A stretch of 64,000 bases of DNA, taken from the NCBI GenBank assembly GCA_030390025.1, contig CM059433.1, positions 28,646,001-28,710,000 on the forward strand, read 5' to 3'. Shown here one piece after another: positions 48,534 to 62,400 of this stretch. The notes below the pieces were generated by a model that saw only the letters and a program-made list of their open reading frames with translations, did no database searches and had not been told where the DNA came from. This DNA is from Squalus acanthias. Its lineage: Eukaryota. Numbering within the stretch: the first letter of the stretch is position 1; each line of letters begins with the position of its first letter. A program made the translations under genes and the position numbers.

Positions 48534-49005
48534 GTGTCAGCCGTGGCTCAGTGGGCAGCACTCTCGCCTCTGGGTTGGCAGGTTGTGGGTTCAAGTCTCG
48601 ATCCAGAGACTTGAGCACGTAATGCCGGCTGATACCCCTAGTGCAGTACTGAGGGAGTGCTACACTGTCAGAGGTGCTGTCTTTCGGATGGGATGTTAAA
48701 CCGAGGCCCTGTCTGCTCTCTCAGGTGGGCGTAAAAGATCCCACGGCACCATTTCGAAGAAGCAGGGGCGTTCTCCCTGGTGTCCTGGCCAATATTTATC
48801 CCTCAACCAACATGACTAAAAAACAGATTATCTGGTCATTATCTCATTGCTGTTTGTGTGAGTTTGTTGTGTGCAAATTGGCTGCCGCTTTTCCCGACAT
48901 TACAACACTGATTATATTTCATAAGTACTTATTTAGCTGTAAAGCATTTTGGGACGTCCTGAGGTCATGAAAGACGCTACAGAAATGCAAGTTTGTTCAT
49001 TCTTT
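48534..49005 (+). mobile_element. Full-length SacSINE1-like SINE
   Basis: A box tggctcagtgg, B box ggttcaagtc, body and tail. Confidence 0.88.
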
Positions 49006-49244
49006 GCAGCTCAATATTTCCCAAGAGCTCTTTTTATCCCGAAAGCACAGAAAAAATCAATCCTTCCAAAGGAAAAATTTGGAAGCAAGAAAGCTTTCCG
49101 TTGGGCTAAGTGTTAAGTGTGGCTGTGAGAATATGAGGAGTGATATCGGGAAGGGATAAGGAGGAAGATTGGTGTTTGAAGAGACTGACTTTAAAGACAC
49201 AGATAAGCTATTTTAAGACCCCTAATTAAGTGACATGCACTTCG

Positions 49245-49603
49245 GTGGAGTCTGCGAACTGAATAAGAAAGCAGTGATAGAGTAAATAAGGAGGAAACTG
49301 TTTCCACTGGCAGGAGGGTCAGTAACCAGAAGACATAGATTTAAGATAATTGGCAAAAGAACCAGAAGGGCAATGAGAAGATTTCTTTTACACAGCGAGT
49401 TATTCTGATCTGGAATGCACGGCCTGAAGGGTGGTGGAAGCAGATTCAACAGTAACTTTCAAAAGGGAATATATACTTGAAAAAAAATGTTTTTCAGGGC
49501 TGTGGGGAAGGATCGGGGGACTGGGACTAATTGGATAGCTCTACCAAAGAGCCGGCACAGGCACGATAGGACGAATGGCCTCTCTCTGTGCTGTATGATT
49601 CTC
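49245..49603 (+). mobile_element. CR1 LINE 3' end
   Basis: Matches 2870-3196. Confidence 0.8.
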
Positions 49604-49607
49604 TGAT

Positions 49608-51218
49608 CTTGTCCATGAGACCCACCTCCTGCTCCCTCAACTCTTTTCCCATCAAACTGCTGCCCACTCAACTTCCCTTCCTGGCTCTCATGTTAGCTGA
49701 TATTGTTAATGGTTTCCCCTCCTCAGGTACTGTCCCCCTCCCCTTCAAATCTGCCATCATCACCTCTCTCCTCAAAAAACCACCGTTGACCCCTCTGTCC
49801 TTACACACAACCGCCCCATCTCCAACCTCCCTTTCCTCTCCAAAGTCCTTGAACGCCTTGTCGCCTCCCAAATCCGTGTCCATCTTTCCCCCAACTCCAT
49901 GGTTGAATCCCTCCAATCAGGTTTCTGCCCCTGCCACAGTGCCGAAATGGCTTTTAGCAAAATCACAATGACATCCTATGCGACTATTACCATGGTAAGT
50001 TATCCCTCATAATCCTTCCCAACCTGTCTGCAGCCTTTGACACGATTGACCACTCCATCCTCCTCCAACGCCTCTTTTCCATCATCCAGCTGGGTGGGAC
50101 TGTACTTGCCTGGTTCCATTCTTCTCTATCCAGTCATAGCCAGAGAATCATCTGCAATGGCTTCTCGTCCCGCTCCTGCACCGTTACCACTGGAGTCCCC
50201 CAAGGACCTGTCCTTGGTCCCCTCCTATTTCTCATCTACATGCTACTCCTCGGCGACATCATCCAAAAACACAGCATTAGTTTCCACATGTACGCTGACG
50301 ACACCCAGCTCTACCTCACCACCACCTCACTCAACCCCTCACTGTCTCTAATTTGTCACACTGCTTGTCCGACATGAGCAGAAATTTCCTCCAACTAAAT
50401 ATTGGGAAGACGGAAGCCATTGTCTGCGTTCCACGCTACAAACTCCGTTCCCTAGCCACAGACTCCGTTCCTCTCCCTGGTTGAGACTGAACCAGACTGT
50501 TCACGACCTTGGTGTCGTATTTGACCCTGAGATGAGCTTCCGACCACATATCCGCTCCATCACAAAGACCGCCTACTTCCACCTCCGTAACATCACCCGA
50601 CTCCGCCCCTGCCTGAGCTCATCTGCTTCTGAGACCCTCATCAATGCCTTTGTTACCTCTAGGCCTGAATATTCCAACGCTCTCCTGGCCAGCCTCCCAT
50701 CTTCCATCCTCCATAAGCTTGAGCTCATCCAAAACTCTGCTGCCCGTGTCCTAACTCGCACCAGGTCCTGTTCACCCATCACCCCATGGCTCGCTGACCT
50801 ACACTGGCTCCCGGTCCGGCAACGCCTTGATTTTAAAATTCTCATCCTTGTTTTCAAATCCCTTCACCGTCTTGCCCCTCCCTATCTCTGTAATCTCCTC
50901 CAGCCCCACAGCCCTCCAAGATCTCTGCGCTCCTCCAATTCTGGCTTGTTGCGCATCCCCGATTTTCATCGCTCCACCATTGGTGGCCGTGCCTTCAGCT
51001 GCCTGGGCCCTAAGCTCTGGAACTCCCTCCCTAAACCTCTCTGCCTCTCTTTCCTCCTTTAAGAAGCTCCTTAAAACCTACCTCTTTGACCAAGCTTTGG
51101 GTCACCTGCCCTAATATCTCCTTGTGTGGCTCGGTGTCAAATTTTGTTTGATAACACTCCTGTGAAGCACCTTGGGATGTTTTGATTTGTTAAACATGCT
51201 ATATAAATGCAAGTTGTT
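49608..51218 (+). mobile_element. L2 LINE, RT domain through 3' tail, disrupted
   Basis: LSAAFDTIDH, GVPQGPVLGPLLF, MYADDTQLY, LHWLPV and GGRAFSCLGPKLWNSLP motifs across frameshifts. Confidence 0.92.
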
Positions 51219-51848
51219 CTTAATTCAGTGGCTGAAGTCACAGAAAGCTAATGAGGATTGAGAATAATAAATTAAGTTATATTAGGGGCATTTCTAATGT
51301 AGGTAGGATATTGTTAAGGAGGAGTAATAAGTGGACTTTAAAGAAAGGCAAACAGTTGTGGGGTTCTTTTGGTGATATCAAGGTTAGGTCCTGTTGTTCA
51401 GGTAGATTAATGTTTAATTGAAAGGGGAGGGGGAAGGGTTGTTACAAGTCCTATTAATCTTGGCTCAAAAGCAGTCCTGGTAGATATTTTATACTTGTAG
51501 CCTGAAGGATTTTGGACTTTTCAATACCAGTTTTAAGGATTAATTACCCACTAAAGGAGCTGAGTTTGTTTAAAAGTATTAATTCAACAAAGGACCTGTT
51601 AAACTGACTGTTCAACGGTATGCTGGGAAGGTTGACCACATTCAAAAAGTCTTATTCAGCAGACTGTCTAGAAGGTTAAAGATTAAGACAGCCGCGAGGC
51701 CTTTACAGGCTGTGAGAACCTGTTGTAAACATGCTGTAGCCTCAGTCTGTATCACCATGGAGAAGAGAGATTGGGAAAGTACCAACAGTGCATGTTTGCA
51801 CCAGCTAGGAGGGTATAAAAACCAAGCATTTTAGTAAGTTCGAGGAGG

Positions 51849-52650
51849 CAGTCCACGAGGCAGACTGGAGACAGACAAGAGACTGACCACAAGACAGACC
51901 AGAGACAGACCAGAGACAGTCCACAAGACAGACCAGAGACAGACCAGAGACAGACAAGAGACAGTCCACAAGAAAGACCAGAGACAGACCAGAGACAGTC
52001 CACAAGACAGACCAGAGACAGACCAGAGACAGTCCACAAGTCAGACCAGAGACAGACCAGAGACAGACAAGAGACAGTCCACAAGACTGACCAGAGACAG
52101 TCCACAAGACAGACCAGAGACAGACCAGAGACAGACAAGAGACAGTCCACAAGAAAGACCAGAGACAGACAAGAGACAGTCCACAAGACAGACCAGAGAC
52201 AGACAAGAGACAGTCCACAAGACAGACCAGAGACTGACCAGAGACAGTCCACAAGACAGACCAGAGACAGACAAGAGACAGTCCACAAGACAGACCAGAG
52301 ACAGTCCACAAGACAGACCAGAGACAGACAAGAGACAGTCCACAAGACAGACCAGAGACTGACCAGAGACAGTCCACAAGACAGACCAGAGACAGACAAG
52401 AGACAGTCCACGAGGCAGACCAGAGACAGACAAGAGACAATCCAAGAGGTAGACAAGAGACAGATTAGAGACAAACCAGAGACAGATTAGAGATAGTCCA
52501 TGAGACAGTCCACGAGACAGACCAGAGACAGACCAGAGACTGATTAGAGACAAACCAGAGGCAGACCAGAGACCGATTAGAGACAAACCAGAGGCAGACT
52601 AGAGACAGTCCGGATACTGTCGAGAGACAGTCCGGAGACTGACCGAGACA
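51849..52650. repeat. Complex AGAC-based tandem repeat (agacagaccagagacagtccaca variants)
   Basis: Directly visible 11-12-bp subunits. Confidence 0.93.
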
Positions 52651-53135
52651 GCCCAGAAGAATAACCACGCAGGATGTCGATTGAGAATTAACCTCACAGT
52701 CTCCCAAAGCAGAAGACTTGTCCATTCTGAGTTTTGAGTTGTACTGCTAATTAAGGTTGTATGAATCGCTATCTGTGAAACTTGTATTTTAATGTTAATG
52801 AAACCAATTGGCTAGAAAGGTTGAAAGCCTTGGCTGCTCTTACCTGTGATTATCCTAAAGAGTAAAAAGAGTTAAAACAGAAACCCTACAGGCCTTCCAC
52901 ATATAATCATGTGATTGATAAAAGGTTGCTTCAGCAGTGATATTAGAAGTAGCCTCAATCTGGGCACATTTCCAATTAAGAATTCATTGTGGTTTCTATT
53001 TATAGTTGTCAAATTTCCCTTGGCCAACAGCTAATGCTGTCCACAAGGCTAACTTCAGGCACTTTTGTGCTCCTGGTGGGAGCTGTGCTTGAAGGGAGGA
53101 AGAGACAGGCCTAGGATGCTGAAGTGCTGAGTCTT

Positions 53136-53342
53136 AAACAGCAATAACTTGTATTTATATTGCACCTTTAACATAGTAAAATGTCCCAAGGCGCTTCACA
53201 GGAGTGTTATCAAAGAGAATGTGACACCGAGCCACATAAGGAGATATTGGCCAAAGAGCTCGGTTTTAAGGAGTGTCTTAACGTAGGGAGGCGAGGCAGA
53301 GAGGTTTAGGAAGGGAATTCAAGCGCTTATGGCAGCTGAAGA
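53136..53342 (-). mobile_element. L2 tail fragment
   Basis: Matches 27758-27990. Confidence 0.75.
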
Positions 53343-53919
53343 CCCCTGCTCCCTTTGAGCGCACCTAGTTACTGGGAGTGTGGAAGCGTTGAATTTACCC
53401 ATGACCCGTATTCCATGAGAATACGATTTAGATCTTTCTTACTGAAGGAATGCAGCAAATATTTCTGCTTCTTCAACACTTTTGTTGTTGTTGAAATGTT
53501 TACTTTGAGAAAAGATTACAGAAAATGCGACAAATCAGCATCTCTGGTAGCTTGGAGGCATCTGTAGCTCATCTTCCGCTAATGTTCAAAATGTCAGTGT
53601 CACCAACATGCTGTATAAATCACTTACTCATTGCTACTTACAAGCGAGTTGATAAATTAATAATACAAAACTTCTATCTTCCAAACTCAAGCTTCTATCT
53701 GACTAATGTTTGCAATAAGCTTATTTACAGGATGTCATTTTTCCATTTTATTGTTGGGTCTGATTCACACTAACAGTGTTGAAAAAAATCAATACAATGA
53801 GTGTAAATAACGTCAATCTAAACTGTCAATATTACCAAATGTGCATTAGTAATTTTCAGTAAATGAAAATGTTGTACATTAAATTACAAATAAATTTGCT
53901 CAGGTGCTTAGGAAATGGC

Positions 53920-54266
53920 GGCGTCCCTCCCTATCTCTGTAACCTCCTCCAGCCCTACAACCGTCAGAGATCTCTGCATTCCTCCAATTCTGGTCCCTTG
54001 TGCATCCCCGATTTTAATCGTTCCATCATTGGAGGCCGTGCCTTGAGCTTCCTAGGCCCTAAGCTCTGGAATTCCCTCCCTAAACCTCTCCGCCTCTCTG
54101 TTCTCCTTTAAGTCACTATTTAAAACCTACCTCTTCAACAAAATGTTTGGTCACCCGTCCTAATATCTCCTTATGTGGCTCGGTGGCAAATTTTGTTTGA
54201 TAACGCACCTGTGAAGCACCTTGAGACATTTTCCTGTGTTAAAGGTGCTGTATAAATGCAAGTTTC
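53920..54266 (+). mobile_element. L2 3' end
   Basis: PPYLCNLLQPY...GPKLWNSLP plus tail. Confidence 0.83.
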
Positions 54267-54351
54267 TATTGGTGTTTATGTTGTGATTTCCCGTAGGTGA
54301 GCAACTGGTCTTAACTGGATCATTGGGAGGTGCTTCTCCATAAGCAGCGAG

Positions 54352-55712
54352 GAAAAAGACTTGCATTTCTATTGCGCCTTTCACGGCCTCAGGACGTCTC
54401 AGAGCACGTTACAGCCAATGAAGTACTTATAAGAACATAAGAACATAAGAAATAAGAGCAGGAGTAGGCCATACGGCCCCTCGAGCCCGCTCTGCCATTC
54501 AATAAGATCATGGCTGATCATCGACCTCAACTCCACTTTCCCGCCCGATCTCCATATCCCTTGATTCCCCTAGAGTCCAAAAATCTATCTATCTCAGCCT
54601 TGAATATACTCAAAGACTCAGCATTCACAGCCCTCTGAGGCAGAGATTTGCAAAGATTCACATCCCTCAGAGTGAAGAAATTCCTCCTCATCTCAATCTT
54701 AAATGGCCTACCCCTTATCCTGAGACTATGCCCCTTAGTTCTAGACACTCCAGCCAGGGGAAACAACCTCTCAGCATCTACCCTGTCAATCCCCTTCAGA
54801 ATCTTGTATGTTTCAATGAGATCCCCTCTCATTCTTCTGAACTCCAGAGAGTATAGGCCCATTCTACACAATCTCTCATCATAGGACAGCCCTCTCATCC
54901 CAGGAATCAATCTAGTGAACCTTCGTTGCACCGCCTCCAAGGCAAGTATATCCTTCCTTAGATAAGGAGACCAAAGCTGAGCACAGTACTCCAGGTGTGG
55001 TCTCACCAAGGACCTGTACAATTGTAGCAAGACTTCCTTACTCTTATACTCCAATCCCCTTGCAATAAAGGCCAACATGCCATTTGCCTTCCTTATTGCT
55101 TGTTGTATCTGCATGCTTTCTGTGTTTCTTGCACGAGGACACCCAAATCTCTCTGAACACCAACATTTGAAAGTTTCTCACCATTTAAAAAGTATTCTGT
55201 TTTTCTATTCTTCCTACCAAAGTGAATAACCTCACATTTCCCTACATTATACTCCATCTGCCACCTTACTGCCCACTCACTTAGTCTATCTATATCCCTT
55301 TGCAGACTCTTTGTGTTCTCCTCACAGCTTACTGTTCCACCTAGCTTTGTATCATCAGCAAACTTATGAAGTGTAGTCACTGTTGTAATGTAGGAAACAC
55401 GGCAGCCAATTTGTGCACAGCAAGCTCCCACAAACAGCAATGTGATAATGACCAGATAATCTGTTTTTTTCTTTACTGATGTTGGTTGGGGGTTAAATAT
55501 TGGCCCGGACACCAGGGAGATCTTCCCAGCTCTTCTTCGAAATAGTGCCGTGCGATCTTTTACGTCCACCTGAGAGATTAACATCTCATCCAAAAGACGG
55601 CATCGCCGACAGTATTGCACTGAAGTGTCAGCTGGATTATGTGCTCAAGTCTCTGGAGTGGGACTTGAACCCACAACCTTCTGATTCAGAGGCGAGGCAC
55701 ACTGACGCCTAA
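54352..55712 (-). mobile_element. SacSINE1-like SINE split by a CR1 insertion
   Basis: Tail 54352-54428 and body/head 55367-55712 are colinear across the CR1. Confidence 0.82.
54429..55366 (-). mobile_element. CR1 LINE 3' kb, young
   Basis: KFADDTKLGG through RRNFFT, one frameshift; (aacataag)n tail. Confidence 0.92.
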
Positions 55713-56426
55713 CTCAGCAAGTGTCTCAACCTTGCATACTTTCTACTTGGCAGTTAGGGAATTTTTTTGTCGGAGGCCTGGGAGCTGGTTGCTTTTACAA
55801 TCCCCTACCCTCGGTTAGGAATGGTAGACATGTTTAGGGGGACCTAAACGCAGAGGGATGGAGAGAATGTGTTTTTAAGATGAGAGCAGGGAAATAAGAG
55901 CTGAAAAAAGTCAGAATTTCACAAAAATGTATCAATAACTCTTATTGAATGAACAAAGCGATTAGACATCAAGCTTTCATCATAATTTAATAAGTTCCAA
56001 GACACTAACCACTTTGATTGTTATTTGAGGTCCACTCTACCCAGCACTGGAGACCCATTTAACTTTCAAGTACTGTTTTTAGACCACAATTTAGCTGCTT
56101 CTCTAATATTAATGGCATTTTGTACAATTTTGAAACACAAGGGGGGAATCAGAAAGCCTTATGACAATGAGAAAAACATTAAAAGAGAAACTATTTCCCC
56201 TGGTTTGGGAATCCAGAACAAAGGGGGCATAAGCTTAAAATTAGAGTCAGGAGTGAAAGCAGGGAACACTTCTTCACACGAATGGTAGTAGAAATCTAGA
56301 AATCTCTCCCGCAAAAGGCTGTGGATGATGGGGGTCAATTGGAGCTTTCAAGACTGCGATTGATATATTTTAGGTATGGGTATTAAGGGATATGGAGCAA
56401 AGGCAAGCAAATGTAGTTGAGGTACA

Positions 56427-56814
56427 ACAGAAAATGCTGGAAATACTCAGCAGGCCAGGCAGCATCCGTGGAGAGAGAAACAGAGTTAACATTTCAGGTC
56501 TGGGACCCTTCATCAGAACTGGAAAAAGCTGGAGATGTAACAGATATTAAGCAGGTGCAGAGACAAGGGGGGGAGGGGGGCGGTTTAGGAGGGGAGGAAG
56601 GAATTGAAAGAATATACTGTGCTTATGTAAGAGGCAGGAAAGATAAAATGTTACAAATGGGAATGGCAAAATCATACAGCATGAAAAATGGGGGCAGGGA
56701 TTATTGTCTGAAATTGTTGAACTCGATGTTAAGTCCGGAAGGCTGTAAAGTGCCTAATCGAAAGATGAGGTGCTGTTCCTCGAGCTTACGTTGAGCTTCA
56801 TTGGATTTTGCTAT
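56427..56814 (-). mobile_element. Short Penelope insertion
   Basis: AQRKLEEQHLIFRLGTLQPSGLNIEFNNF* plus pLTR; 15-bp TSD at 56412-56426 and 56815-56829. Confidence 0.87.
56484..56520 (-). ncRNA. Hammerhead ribozyme motif, slightly degenerate
   Basis: AGUU-CUGAUGA-AGGGUC-cca-GACCU-GAAA-UGUU-AACU. Confidence 0.5.
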
Positions 56815-56934
56815 TGTAGTTGAGGTACAGTTCAGCCATGATCTAATTGAATGGCAGAACAGGCTGGAGGGGCTAAATGACCTACTCCCGTTCCGATAAA
56901 CCATTCACAAGTTTACATTTACGTTTAAAAACTG

Positions 56935-57555
56935 TTAACTCAAAAATATAAAGCAGTTCCATTATGCTAAACCTGTATCGAACCTTGTTAGACCACACTT
57001 AGAGTACTGTGTACAGTTCTGGTCGCCATATTATACAAAGGATGTAGCGGCATTGGAGAGGGTGCAGAGAAGATTTACAAGGATGATACCAGAAATGCGA
57101 GGGTATACATATCAGGAAAGGATGAACAGGCTGGGTCTCTTCTCTTGAAAAAAGAAGGCTGAGGTGACCTAATAGACGTCTTTAAAATTATGAAAAATTT
57201 TGATAGAGTGGAAACAGACAGAATGTTTCCACTTGTGGGGAAGAGCATAACTGGAGGCCATCAATATAAGATGGTCACCAAGAAATCCAATAGGGAATTC
57301 AGAAGAAATTTCTTTGCCCAAAGAGTGGTGAGAATGTGGAACTCGCTACCACAGAGACTGGTTGAAGTGAATAGTATAGATGCATTTAAGGGGAAGCTAG
57401 ACAAGCATATGAGAGAAAAGGGAATAGAGGGTTATGTTGATAGAGGTAGATGAGGAAAGACGGGAGGAGGCTCGTGTAGAGCATAAACGCCGGCATGGAC
57501 TGGTTGGGCTGAATGGCCTGTTTCTGTGCCGTATATCCTATGTAATCCTATGTAT
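56935..57555 (+). mobile_element. CR1 LINE 3' fragment
   Basis: LVRPHLEYCVQFWSP to [14 protein letters not shown], with an atcctatgt tail. Confidence 0.88.
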
Positions 57556-58024
57556 CACATCAGAGTCAATGTGCTCTGAAAAATAAAAATCTATGAATAA
57601 TTTTGTGGTCCCCACATGGTCCCCCACAAGGAATCGATTGACGCAGACCAGTTTTTTTTAGAGTCACAAAACAATGATGAGACTGTAGAATGACTGAAGA
57701 ATGCTCATTGCTGCAACAATATCATAAATATCTTCACTTAGAAATTCATGTCAGGATTCCTAATGTTTACCCAGAGGGAACCAAATGCCTCAGTATTTGA
57801 ATAATGACAGACTTTCCAACGTTTTTCGAATGTACCGACGATCTTTCAGCATGTCAAATGCAATGCAAAGTAGCACTAAAGCTTCAAGTAATTTGTCCAC
57901 ATTAATTGCTACCACTCAAATTATTTGCTCACAGTTTCAGGCATTTCACAAATCAGGAACATAAACCATCATTTGTATCAACAGAGCAATATTATCAAAC
58001 CCCGATGTATATTGTATATTAATA

Positions 58025-58384
58025 AATGTTGAAAGGATTCCATAGGGTAGGTACAGAGAAACTATTTCCTCTGATGAGGGAATCACGGACGAGGGGACAT
58101 ATTCTTAAAATTAGAGCTAGACCGTTTAGGAGGGAAATCAGGAGCACCTTTTCCGCACAAAAAATAGTAGAAATCTAGAATTCTCTGTCCCAAAAGGCTG
58201 TGGACGCAGGGGGAGAATTGGAGCTTTCAAGACTGAGAGCGATAGATTTTTGTTAGGTAAGGGTATCAAAGGATTTGGAGCTAAGGCGGGTAGATGGAGT
58301 TGAGGTACAGATTAGCCATGATCTAACTGAATGATGGAGCAGGCTCGAGGGGCTGAATGGCCTAATCCTGTTCCTATGTTCCTA
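58025..58384 (+). mobile_element. CR1 3' end
   Basis: Matches 28520-28890. Confidence 0.8.
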
Positions 58385-58611
58385 AATCTGTGACAAAGAT
58401 GTTGCTTTTCCCAATATTGTGCTATTAAAATATTCTAGTATCGCATTGCAGTTCAAACTGATTGAACACGCAGAAGATCTTTTTTTTAGCTTCCAACTAT
58501 GCACACTTTTTTCTTTAAGTAGCACCTGCAAAGCTGCCCCCTAAATTTCTAATAAGGAATAATGTAGATTTGCAGAATTTCTCAATTCATAATTTTTTTC
58601 TATTCTGTTAC

Positions 58612-59315
58612 GAAGTGCTTCACAGGAGCATAATCAGACAAAATCTGATACCGAGCCAAATATTTGGACAGTTGACTAAAAGCTAGGCGAAAGAGGTAGG
58701 TTTTAAGGAGCGTCTAAAAGGAGGAGGGAGAGGTAGAGACGCAGAGAGGTTTAGGGAGGGAATTCCAGAGCTCAGGGCCTAGACAGCGAAAGGTACAGCC
58801 GCCAATGGTGGAGCAAAGGAAATCGGGACTACACAAGTTAGGGTTGCCAACTCTGGTTGGATGTTTTCCTGGAGGTTCCATCAAGTGACCTCATGCCTCC
58901 AGCACCCTCACACATTCACCATCGACCATCCAAAATACCCATCCTCACAGTGTATCGCTTTCACACACCCATTACAAGGCAAACAGACTTTTCGTTACCC
59001 GATGGACGATTCCTGACTGAGTCAAACTGACTTTTATCCAATCACCCAATATTTTTATAACTAATAAACGAAAGTATTCAAAGAAAATGAAAAAAAACCC
59101 ACTTTCTTTTACTGCCCCTATGATTTTTCTCCCGGGTGTTGCTCACAGCTGGAGATTACTCTTCAATTCCTGGAGACTCCAGGCCAATCCTGGAGGTTTG
59201 GAAACCCTAGCAGAAGACGCCAGAATTGGAGGAGCGCAGAGATCGCGGAGGGTTGTAAGGCTGGAGGAGATTACAGAAATAGGGAGGGGCGAGGTCACGG
59301 AGCGATTTGAACACA
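58612..59315 (-). mobile_element. L2 3' fragment split by a hAT MITE
   Basis: L2 sequence is colinear across 58839-59209. Confidence 0.78.
58839..59209. mobile_element. hAT-type MITE, family 2
   Basis: TAGGGTTGCCAAC / GTTTGGAAACCCTA termini; inverted homologue of 36512-36895; TSD degenerate. Confidence 0.78.
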
Positions 59316-59456
59316 AAGGATTTGAACAACTTAATCAGAAACTAGGTGTGAACTTATTACTGGAATCAAACTAGCTCAGGCCTCCTGGCTGTGAACTGAC
59401 TCACGATAGGGGGCTCCACAGCCCCAGATGAACCCACACTGAGAACTTCTGACCAT

Positions 59457-62400
59457 AAAAGGTAATCTCCGGATTACTACCAGTGCCACGTGCTAGTGAG
59501 TACAGAAATAGGAAGATAGAGCAGATGAATGTGTGGCTGGAGAGATGGTGTAGGAGGGAGGGCTTTAGATTCCTGAGGAATTGGAACCGTTTCTGGGGGA
59601 GGTGGGACCTCTACAAGCCAGACGGGTTGCACCTCAACGGGAACGGGACCAATATCCTCGCGGGGGGTTTTGCTAGTGCTGTTGGGGAGGGTTTAAACTA
59701 GCTTGGCAGGGGGATGGGAGCCTGAGGGTAGAATCAGAAGGGAGAAAAGCTAAGCTGGAAATAGAAGATAGGGGTTCAGGTGAATGGGTATTTAGGAAGG
59801 CAAAGAGAAAGGAGAGGCAATAGTGCAGGGCAACGACAGGGGTAACGATAACCAGAATGTATCAGGAAGGGGCAGAGCGTACAAGCATAAGAGTGCACCA
59901 GAAAATAGTGTCAGAGTAAGGAAAAATGATAAGATAAAATTAAAGGCTCTTTATCTGAATGCACGCAGCATTCGTAACAAGATAGATGAGTTGACGGCAC
60001 AAATAGAAATAAATGGGTATGATCTGATAGCCATTACAGAGACATAGTTGCAAGGTGACCAAGGCTGGGATCAGAATATTCAGGGGTATTTGACATTTCG
60101 GAAGGAGTGTATTCGGGATGGTTTCTTAGAGCAATACGTTGAGGAACCGACCAGGGAGCAGGCTATTTTAGATCTGATAATGTGTAATGACACAGGATTA
60201 ATTAATAATCTCATAGTAAAGGATAATTTAATAGGACAAAGTCAGCATGGCTTTATGAAGGGGAAGTCATGTCTGACAAATTTGCTTGAGTTCTTTGAGG
60301 ACATAACGTACAGGGTGGATAAAGGGGAATCAGTAGACGTAGTGTATTTAGACTTCCAGAAGGCATTCGACAAGGTGCCACATAAAAGATTATTGCTCAA
60401 GATAAAAAATCACTGGATTGGGGGTAATATTCTGGCATGGGTGGAGGATTGGTTATCTAACAGGAAGCAGAGAGTTGGGATAAATGGTTCATTCTTGGAC
60501 TGGCAACCAGTAGCCAGTGGTGTTCCGCAGGGGTCGGTGCTGGGGCCCCAACTCTTTACAATCTATATTAACGATTTGGAGGAGGGGACCGAGTATAACA
60601 TATCAAAGTTTGCAGATGATACAAAGATGGGAGGGAAAGTAGAAAGTGAGGAGGACATAAAAAACCTACAAGGGGATATAGACAGGCTGGGTGAGTGGGC
60701 GGAGATTTGGCAGATGGAATACAATATTGGAAAATGTGAGGTTATGCACTTTGGCAGGAAAAATCAGAGAGCAAGTTATTATCTTAATAGCGAGAAACTG
60801 GAAAGTACTGCAGTACAAAGGGATCTGGGGGTCCTAGTGCAAGAAAATCAAAAGTTAGTATGCAGGTGCAGCAGGTGATCAAGAAGGCCAACGGAATGTT
60901 GGCTTTTATTGCTAGGGGGATAGATTATAAAAACAGGGAGGTATTGCTACAGTTATATAAGGTATTGGTGAGACCGCACCTGGAATACTGCATACAGTTT
61001 TGGTGTCCATACTTAAGAAAAGACATACTTGCTCTCGAGGCAGTACAAAGAAGGTTCACTCGGTTAATCCCGGGGATGAGGGGGTGGACATATGAGGAGA
61101 GGTTGAGTAGATTGGGACTCTACTCATTGGAGTTCAGAAGAATGAGAGGCGATCTTATTGAAACATATAAGATTGTGAAGGGGCTTGATCGGGTGGATGC
61201 GGTAAGGATGTTCCCAAGGATGGGTGAAACTAGAACTAGGGGGCATAATCTTAGAATAAGGGGCTGCTCTTTCAAAACTGAGATGAGGAGAAACTTCTTC
61301 ACTCAGAGGGTAGTAGGTCTGTGGAATTTGCTGCCCCGGGAAGCTGTGGAAGCTACATCATTAAATAAATTTAAAACAGAAATAGATAGTTTCCTAGAGG
61401 TAAAGGGAATTAGGGGTTATGGTGAGCGGGCTGGAAATTGGAAATGAGGCTGAGTTCGGATTGGTCAGGGCCCTGTGGGTGGCGGAGCGGGCCCAGGGGC
61501 TGAGTGGCCGGGTCCTGCTCCTACTTCTTGTGTTCTTTAGATTTGAGGTTAGGATCAGATCAGCCATGATCTTATTGAATGGCGGAGCAGGCTCGAGGGG
61601 CCGATTGGCCTACTCCTGCTCCTATTTCTTATGTTCTTATGATCCCCTAGGAAAGAGTGATCATAGCATGGTAGAATTTCAAACTTAAATAAAGGCAATT
61701 ACAAGGGTATGAGGACAGAGTTGGCTAAAGTGGACTGGGAAAATAGATTAAAGGGTAAGACGGTAGATCAGCAGTGGCAGACATTTAAGGAGATATTTCA
61801 TAAATCTCAGCAAAGGTATATTCCAGTGAGAAAGAAAGGCTCTACGAGAAGGATGCACCATCCGTGGCGAACTAAAGAAGTTAAGGATGGTATCAAATTT
61901 TAAAAAAGGCATACAATGTTGCGAAGTTTAGTGGTAGGCCAGAGGATTGGGAAACTTTTAGAAACCAGAAAAGGATGACTAAAAAAGTTATAAAGAGGGA
62001 GAAGATACAATATGATAGCAAATAATATAAAAACAGACAGTAAGAGCTTCTACAGGTATATAAAAAGGAAGAGAGTAGCTAAAGTAAACATTGGTCCCTT
62101 AGAGGATGAGACTGGGGAATTAATAATGGGAAATAGAGAAATGGCAGAGACTCTAAACAATTATTTTGGATCGGTCTTCACGGTAGAAGACACTAAAAAC
62201 ATCCCAATAATAATAGATAATCAAGGGGCTATAGGGAGGGAGGAACTTAAAACAATCTCTATCACTAGAGAAAAAGTACTAGGCAAACTAATGGGGTTAA
62301 AGGCTGACAAGTCCCCTGAACCTGATGGCCTGCATCCTAGGGTCTTAAAAGAAGTGGCTGCAGAGCTAGTGCATGCGTTGGTTGTAATCTACCAAAATTC

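Larger units (their letters stand above)
56180..56895 (+). mobile_element. CR1 3' end split by a Penelope insertion
   Basis: CR1 3' UTR resumes after the duplicated tgtagttgaggtaca. Confidence 0.78.

Noticed and set aside
48534..48610. tRNA genes at SINE heads (also about 1010-1086, 5933-6005, 22635-22710)
   Set aside because: A/B boxes continue into the SINE body and no complete cloverleaf is evident
51752..52725. Hydrophobic Cys/Leu/Val-rich ORFs
   Set aside because: Translations of the AGAC tandem repeat
51220..52900. Possible LTR element around the AGAC repeat
   Set aside because: No paired LTR, primer-binding site, TSD or gag/pol similarity that I could support
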